DNA of 64,000 nt from Eubacteriales bacterium (GTDB lineage: Bacteria > Bacillota > Clostridia > Oscillospirales > CAG-272), in NCBI GenBank assembly GCA_045128735.1, contig JBGVRT010000133.1:22425-86424 (forward strand). Direction: 5' to 3'. The position numbers and the translations under genes are program-made. Shown here in pieces: positions 59,206-64,000 of the stretch. Numbering within the stretch: the first letter of the stretch is position 1; each line of letters starts with the position of its first letter. The notes beneath the pieces were generated by a model that searched no databases, was not told the DNA's origin, and was given only the letters and a program-made list of their open reading frames with translations.

Positions 59206-60157
59206 AATCCTTCAAAAACCAGATTTCTTTTTTATCAAGCGAAACTGTTTTTCCGTCAAGATACCCAAGAAGTCCGTCCTTATTGGCGAAGGCAAATTTC
59301 AGCTTATAGGCGTAGAGTGCCTGAAATTTATAGCCTCGGCGTTTATCCTCACGGTTTACGCCGTATTTTCCGTCCCCCACAAGCGGATGACCGATATGCG
59401 CCATATGGGCTCTTATCTGGTGCGTTCTGCCCGTAACAAGCTCCACCTCAACAAGGCTTTCGCCGTCACGAGTTGCAATCACCTTATATTTGGTAATAAT
59501 ATTTTTACTGCCGTTCACCTGTCTGTCAAACACCTCTACGGTATTGTTGCGGCTGTCCTTTCTGAGCCACCCCGTAAGGGTATCGCTTTTCTTTTTCGGC
59601 TCACCGCGGACTATGCAGTAATAAAATTTTCTTATCTCGTCGTTGCGTATTTTTTCGTTCATTATGCGAAGTGCCTCGGCGTTTTTTGCGGCAATGACTA
59701 TACCGCCCGTATTGCGGTCTATTCGGTTGCAAAGCGCGGGGGCAAAGGACTGCTCGTTATCGGGGTCGTACTCTCCCTTTTGGCAAAGATACGCCTTGAC
59801 GTGCATAATAAGCGTATTGTCAACGCCGTCGGTATCCTCGTGAACGAGAACTCCCGGGCGTTTATTGCAAAGCAGGATATTTTCGTCCTCATAGCATATG
59901 TCAAGCTTCGGGGTGATAGTACGGAGCGACGAGGTATCCTTTTCGGGCGAATCAAAAAATTCCTCTTTTATGAAAAGCTGAATCTCGTCACCCTCGCAAA
60001 GCATATAGTTTGGCTCGGTGCGCTTGCGGTTGACCTTTATTTTCTTGGTACGCACAAGCTTATACATCATCGACATCGGCAAGCCCTTTACAGCTTTGGT
60101 GAGGAATTTGTCAAGCCTCTGCCCCGAGTCGTTTTTATTTATCTTTAATATTCTCAT
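59192..60157 (-). CDS. RluA-family 23S rRNA pseudouridine synthase (RluC/D-like) with an N-terminal S4 domain
   Basis: [11 protein letters not shown] ... KIKVNRKR (S4 domain). The catalytic region reads HRIDRNTGG-like ([15 protein letters not shown]). [21 protein letters not shown] is present. Confidence 0.85.
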   Translation of the reverse strand: MRILKINKNDSGQRLDKFLTKAVKGLPMSMMYKLVRTKKIKVNRKRTEPNYMLCEGDEIQLFIKEEFFDSPEKDTSSLRTITPKLDICYEDENILLCNKRPGVLVHEDTDGVDNTLIMHVKAYLCQKGEYDPDNEQSFAPALCNRIDRNTGGIVIAAKNAEALRIMNEKIRNDEIRKFYYCIVRGEPKKKSDTLTGWLRKDSRNNTVEVFDRQVNGSKNIITKYKVIATRDGESLVEVELVTGRTHQIRAHMAHIGHPLVGDGKYGVNREDKRRGYKFQALYAYKLKFAFANKDGLLGYLDGKTVSLDKKEIWFLKDFENA

Positions 60158-60783
60158 AAAGTACCGAAAATTCTGTCGCCCGCGTCACCAAGTCCGGGAA
60201 CGATATACGCCTTTTCGTTAAGACCCTTATCAAGCGCAGCGGTATAAATATCTACGTCTGGGTGTGCTTCCTGCACGGCCTTTACTCCCTCGGGGGCGGC
60301 AACAAGGCACATAAAGCGGATGTTTCTGCACCCTCTCGCCTTGAGCATGGAAAGCGCGTCAACCGCCGAACCGCCCGTAGCGAGCATAGGGTCAACAAGA
60401 ATGACTATGCGCTCGTCAACGTCGTGAGGAAGCTTGCAATAATATTCCACGGGCTTATGAGTTTCGGGGTCGCGGTAGAGACCGATATGACCCACCTTTG
60501 CCACGGGAACAAGCTTTCGCAGACCCTCTACCATTCCAAGCCCCGCACGGAGAATGGGAACGATAGCAAGCTTTTTGCCCGATACGGTTTTTGCCACCAT
60601 TTTTTCTATGGGAGTTTCGATTGTCACGTCCTCAAGCGGAAGGTCGCGGGTCAGCTCGTAGCCCATAAGCATAGCAATTTCGTTAAGAAGCTCGCCAAAG
60701 TCCTTTGAGCCTGTCCGTTTATTTCTCATTATTGAAAGCTTATGTGTGATAAGCGGATGATCGAGTATATGAAGTTTGCTCAT
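60154..60783 (-). CDS. upp: Uracil phosphoribosyltransferase
   Basis: 209 aa. [36 protein letters not shown] and the PRPP motif [14 protein letters not shown]. Confidence 0.95.
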   Translation of the reverse strand: MSKLHILDHPLITHKLSIMRNKRTGSKDFGELLNEIAMLMGYELTRDLPLEDVTIETPIEKMVAKTVSGKKLAIVPILRAGLGMVEGLRKLVPVAKVGHIGLYRDPETHKPVEYYCKLPHDVDERIVILVDPMLATGGSAVDALSMLKARGCRNIRFMCLVAAPEGVKAVQEAHPDVDIYTAALDKGLNEKAYIVPGLGDAGDRIFGTL

Positions 60784-60825
60784 TACAGTTCCCCTTTTTG
60801 TTTTTTGCTTTTTTCATTATACTAT

Positions 60826-60854
60826 TATTTAACACAATTTTCAAGTCTTTTTCA
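60826..60854 (-). promoter_or_regulatory. Sigma-A promoter of upp
   Basis: Minus strand: TTGAAA (60854..60849), 17 nt, TATAAT (60831..60826). Confidence 0.55.
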
Positions 60855-60864
60855 GAAAAAAGTA

Positions 60865-60893
60865 TTTACTTGAAGAGGATTTTGTGGTATACT
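60865..60893 (+). promoter_or_regulatory. Predicted promoter of mtaB
   Basis: TTTACT (60865-60870), 17 nt, TGgTATACT (60885-60893). Confidence 0.45.
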
Positions 60894-60923
60894 ATTCTAT
60901 AAGTTTATGGAAGGAGGTCGCGT

Positions 60924-62246
60924 ATGGCTACCTTTGGAATATTTACACTTGGCTGTAAGGTCAACCAATACGAGTCGGAGGCTATTGCCGAGCTTCTTGA
61001 GGAGCGCGGACACACACAGCTCCACGGCGACGAAGTATGCGACCTCTACGTTATAAACACCTGCACGGTAACGGGTGAAAGCGACCGAAAGGCGCGACAG
61101 ATGATACGGCGCGCGATTTCGCGAAATCCCGATGCCTACGTCTTAGTTACGGGCTGTCTTGCCGAAACCGACCTTGAAAGCGTTAAAAAAATTCTCGGTG
61201 TGGACTACGTTTGCGGAAACGCCGACAAGTCAAAAATTGCCGACGCCGCCTGCGCTTTGCTCGAAAAAGGCGAAAAGAACACCGAGGCTGTGTCGGAGCT
61301 TACAGACATTGACAGCGCCCCCTTTGAAGCGATGAGCATAAAGAAGTTCGACAGAACGAGAGCATACATAAAAATCGAGGACGGCTGCGAATCGCACTGC
61401 ACCTACTGCATAATTCCGAAAGCGCGCGGGCGCATTCGTTCAAAGCCCTTTGAGGACGTGATTGACGAGGTTAAAAAGCTGACTGCGGGCGGTTGCCGCG
61501 AGATAGTTCTTACGGGAATCGAGACAGGCTCTTACGGGCGCGATATAGGCTCGTCGCTTGCGGAGCTGCTTGAGGAGATTGACAAAATCGAGGGAATTGG
61601 GCGGATTCGTCTTGGGTCGCTTGACCCGTCGATTATGCGTCGTGAGCTGATTGAGCGAATGGCAAGGCTCAAATCGCTTGCCCACCATTTCCACATTTCT
61701 CTGCAAAGCGGAAGCAATGACATTCTCCGCGCTATGAAGCGAAAATACAACGCGGAAATGGCGCTTTCAAGCATCAATGAGCTTAGGCGTGCAATGCCCG
61801 GCGTTTGCTTTACCACAGATATTATCGTGGGATTCCCCGGTGAGACCGAGGAAAACTTCCGCGAGACCGCTGAATTCGCCAAAAAAGCGGGATTCCTTAT
61901 GATGCACGTTTTTCCCTACTCAAAGCGTGCGGGGACACCTGCCTCAAAAATGGACGGTCAGATAGACAAGGCAATAAAAAAACAGCGCGTTTCCGAGCTT
62001 TCACAGCTTGGAGCGCAGATAAGAAAAGAGCTTCTTCAAAAGGTTATTTCCGAGACGGAAACCGCGGAGGTGCTTTTTGAGGATTACGAGGACGGAATTG
62101 CTTACGGTCACACCGACAACTTTATCGAGGTTGCGGTGCGCTCAGGCAGGTCACTCCGTTCGGAGCTCCACAACGTCCGCTTCATTTCCACAGACGGAAA
62201 CACGGTGAACGCAGAGCTCATCCACGAAGAAAGGAAGGAACTATGA
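60924..62246 (+). CDS. mtaB: tRNA (N6-L-threonylcarbamoyladenosine(37)-C2)-methylthiotransferase
   Basis: 440 aa. MATFGIFTLGCKVNQYESEAI (UPF0004 domain) and the radical SAM motif CESHCTYCIIP. The MiaB-like architecture lacks the RimO-type N-terminus. Confidence 0.8.
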   Translation: MATFGIFTLGCKVNQYESEAIAELLEERGHTQLHGDEVCDLYVINTCTVTGESDRKARQMIRRAISRNPDAYVLVTGCLAETDLESVKKILGVDYVCGNADKSKIADAACALLEKGEKNTEAVSELTDIDSAPFEAMSIKKFDRTRAYIKIEDGCESHCTYCIIPKARGRIRSKPFEDVIDEVKKLTAGGCREIVLTGIETGSYGRDIGSSLAELLEEIDKIEGIGRIRLGSLDPSIMRRELIERMARLKSLAHHFHISLQSGSNDILRAMKRKYNAEMALSSINELRRAMPGVCFTTDIIVGFPGETEENFRETAEFAKKAGFLMMHVFPYSKRAGTPASKMDGQIDKAIKKQRVSELSQLGAQIRKELLQKVISETETAEVLFEDYEDGIAYGHTDNFIEVAVRSGRSLRSELHNVRFISTDGNTVNAELIHEERKEL

Positions 62247-63949
62247 ACGAACAAAACACACCCATAACAAGCGGAACGGCGCAAAAGGTACTTATGAATT
62301 TTGCCTTTTTGACAAACGATTCCCTGCGCTCGCTCGCCGATGCTCTCGGGCTTAAAATGGGGCTTTCCGAGCTTCGCTTCTGCCTTGATTATTTCAAACG
62401 CGAGAGACTTCCCGACCCTACCGTTGGCGAGCTTTTGACGTTTGACCGCGTTTATGCCGACCGAAGCCGACGCACAAACATCCCGTTAATTGCCTCGTTT
62501 ATGACCAACGACAAAACTGTTGCCGAAACCTACGCAGACCTTATGACAAGGCGCAAGGCTGTTGAGCCCGATTACACCGCGCCCTGCTCGCTCCCAAAGC
62601 TTCTTGAAATCCTGCCCACCTACGCCAACAGAGACAGTAACAGCGACGAGGTCAAGCTGTTTACAGGCAAGGAGCGTTTCGCAAATGCCGCATCCGAGCA
62701 CTACCGAGTTTTTGTCTCGGGAAGCGGATCATACAGTGAGGCAGCAATAGGATTAAAGGACAGCCGCCCCTACCTATCCACGCCCGAATGGGGCAACGCA
62801 GTTTACGCAGTATTAAAGAGCTTCAACGATATTCCATCATTTGAGGAAAAACTCAACTCCTTCACCGTTTCGGCTGACGTTGCCGCGGCGGCAAAGCAGA
62901 TAGACCTGCTTGACGGCGAGTGCATTGTCACCCTGCTTGCGGAGCGTTTCTCGGGTATTAACCTTAATGCCGCGCCCTACGAGGCTATAGGCGGTGCGGA
63001 GTCTCCGTTTTCTATGCTTTCCGAAAGCGATTTCGGCATAATCATTACCGCCGCAAAGGAAAAGGCGGCAGATATGCTTATTGCGGCACAGGAGCTTGGC
63101 TTGAGAGTCATTCTTCTCGGTTCGGTTAACGGCTCAATGAAGATAACCTCAACCTCCTCAAAAGGACACAAGCTATCGCTTGACATAAACCTTCTCAAGT
63201 CGCTTGCCTTCTCCCATCCCGTAAGCTGTGAGGCTGATTCAACACAGCTTGTGGAAAGCTTCTACGAAAAGTCATATTTTCCCGTCATAAACGGTAAGCG
63301 TTACAGGATAAGCAGTGCCGAGCACACGGTCAAAAACGCCTTTATCAGCGGTTACAACAGCGTGCTATACGCCTATTCGCTGGCGCTTCTCGGCGGCACC
63401 GAAAAGATGAGCTTTGCAGGTGCGTACACTGTTTTGCCCGACCTCAATTCCAAGAAATCGCTTGGTCTGTCAGTTGAGCTTATTCTCGGGGCTTACCGCG
63501 CTCAATGCGAGCTCGGAATATACGACGGACACCCCTCGGTGGCGTTTGGCGAAAAAATCGGCTTGCGCTTCCACTCGCTGACAGAGGTAAAAAAGTATCT
63601 TCCCTCAAAGATAGTCGGCAAGGACAGCTACGTATATTACCTTGAGCCGCTTTACCGCGAGGACGGTCTGCCCGCCACAGAGGATATGAGGAAAATGCAT
63701 GACTACATATCGGGGCTTATTAACGACGGAATTATTATTTCGGCTTGCCCTACGGGCGAGAACCTTATCAAAACCCTTGACCGGATGAGCGAGGACACCT
63801 GCGTTGAGTATATCAGACGTGACGAACTTTCCTCACACTTCGGCGGTTTTATAGTCGAGACAACCCAAAGAATTCAAGGTGCGCTTATTGCAAGAAGCGC
63901 ACGTGAGCCTGCGATTTTGCCCACAGATACGTCGGTATCAGCCGATTAA
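62243..63949 (+). CDS. Hypothetical protein with a PurL (FGAM synthase) N-terminal/linker-like region
   Basis: 568 aa. Its ATG overlaps the mtaB stop (ATGA). LRSLADALGLKMGLSELRFCLDYFKRERLPDPTVGELLTFDRVYADRSR resembles the PurL linker segment (LGLxLSxxExxxIxxYFxxxxRxPTxxELxxxxQxWSEHC), but the SEHC box is absent. Confidence 0.45.
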   Translation: MNEQNTPITSGTAQKVLMNFAFLTNDSLRSLADALGLKMGLSELRFCLDYFKRERLPDPTVGELLTFDRVYADRSRRTNIPLIASFMTNDKTVAETYADLMTRRKAVEPDYTAPCSLPKLLEILPTYANRDSNSDEVKLFTGKERFANAASEHYRVFVSGSGSYSEAAIGLKDSRPYLSTPEWGNAVYAVLKSFNDIPSFEEKLNSFTVSADVAAAAKQIDLLDGECIVTLLAERFSGINLNAAPYEAIGGAESPFSMLSESDFGIIITAAKEKAADMLIAAQELGLRVILLGSVNGSMKITSTSSKGHKLSLDINLLKSLAFSHPVSCEADSTQLVESFYEKSYFPVINGKRYRISSAEHTVKNAFISGYNSVLYAYSLALLGGTEKMSFAGAYTVLPDLNSKKSLGLSVELILGAYRAQCELGIYDGHPSVAFGEKIGLRFHSLTEVKKYLPSKIVGKDSYVYYLEPLYREDGLPATEDMRKMHDYISGLINDGIIISACPTGENLIKTLDRMSEDTCVEYIRRDELSSHFGGFIVETTQRIQGALIARSAREPAILPTDTSVSAD

Positions 63950-63971
63950 GCGGACAAATTGCCGGTAGCTA

Positions 63972-64000
63972 TTGACAATTTGAAAAATTTGGTATATAAT
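63972..64000 (+). promoter_or_regulatory. Sigma-A promoter at the right edge (gene beyond the window)
   Basis: TTGACA (63972-63977), 17 nt, TATAAT (63995-64000), within TGGTATATAAT. Confidence 0.5.

Noticed and set aside
59183-60148. 321-aa plus-strand ORF mirroring the 321-aa pseudouridine synthase gene almost end to end
   Set aside because: The minus-strand product has unmistakable S4 and RluA motifs ([21 protein letters not shown]). The plus-strand product has none and starts inside the lnt coding region. The equal length is a coincidence of stop-codon-poor antisense frames.
1-64000. Search for CRISPR arrays, rRNA/tRNA genes, transposases, integrases, reverse transcriptases and toxin-antitoxin pairs
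   Set aside because: I saw no regularly spaced direct repeats. I saw no rRNA-like or cloverleaf-forming sequence. No ORF has DDE, tyrosine/serine-recombinase or RT motifs. The only repeat family found is the non-coding TGTCAT..GCGAAG element.

Overview
About 50% GC chromosomal window from a spore-forming Firmicute. Clostridia-like signals include a GerA-family protein, a MecA-like adaptor, a SipW-type signal peptide and many TTGACA-N17-TGnTATAAT promoters. Most of it is housekeeping. This covers infC-rpmI with a leader/attenuator, a trmK-nif3 operon, prfB, rplJ-rplL with an L10 leader, and a dcw cluster (mraZ-rsmH-X-PBP-murE-murF-mraY-ftsW-murG, then ftsZ). It also covers rlmD, rimO-pgsA, lnt, a pseudouridine synthase, upp and mtaB. 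I found no rRNA, tRNA, CRISPR array, transposase or integrase. The accessory parts worth a second look are listed below.
1. At 44.9-49.1 kb, a ~34% GC nucleoside-deaminase gene is bracketed by copies of a TGTCAT..TGAGCGAAG repeat. A ~300-bp MITE-like inverted repeat lies next to it. Downstream is a translationally coupled four-gene operon: APH(3')-like kinase, SGNH hydrolase, RNase III-domain protein, LarA.
2. At 41.3-42.8 kb, an E2/CAT-fold acyltransferase homologue has its catalytic His replaced (DERICDG) and a polybasic N-terminus. Next to it is a separately promoted 56-aa Trp-rich peptide with a leader-like N-terminus.
3. At 3.4-5.8 kb, a 652-aa TasA/SipW-signal protein is fused to beta-helix repeats. 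It sits behind a long leader containing a promoter-terminator unit and a GC-rich structured element.
4. At 9.1-15.2 kb lies a flavoprotein/SDR/OYE operon with a divergent AraC regulator gene.
5. Smaller oddities: a 67-nt perfect palindrome, an atypical protein in the FtsL slot, a lipoprotein with a catalytically dead trypsin-like domain, and a PurL-like protein coupled to mtaB.
All functional calls come from reading the translations and motifs by eye. No database search was run.
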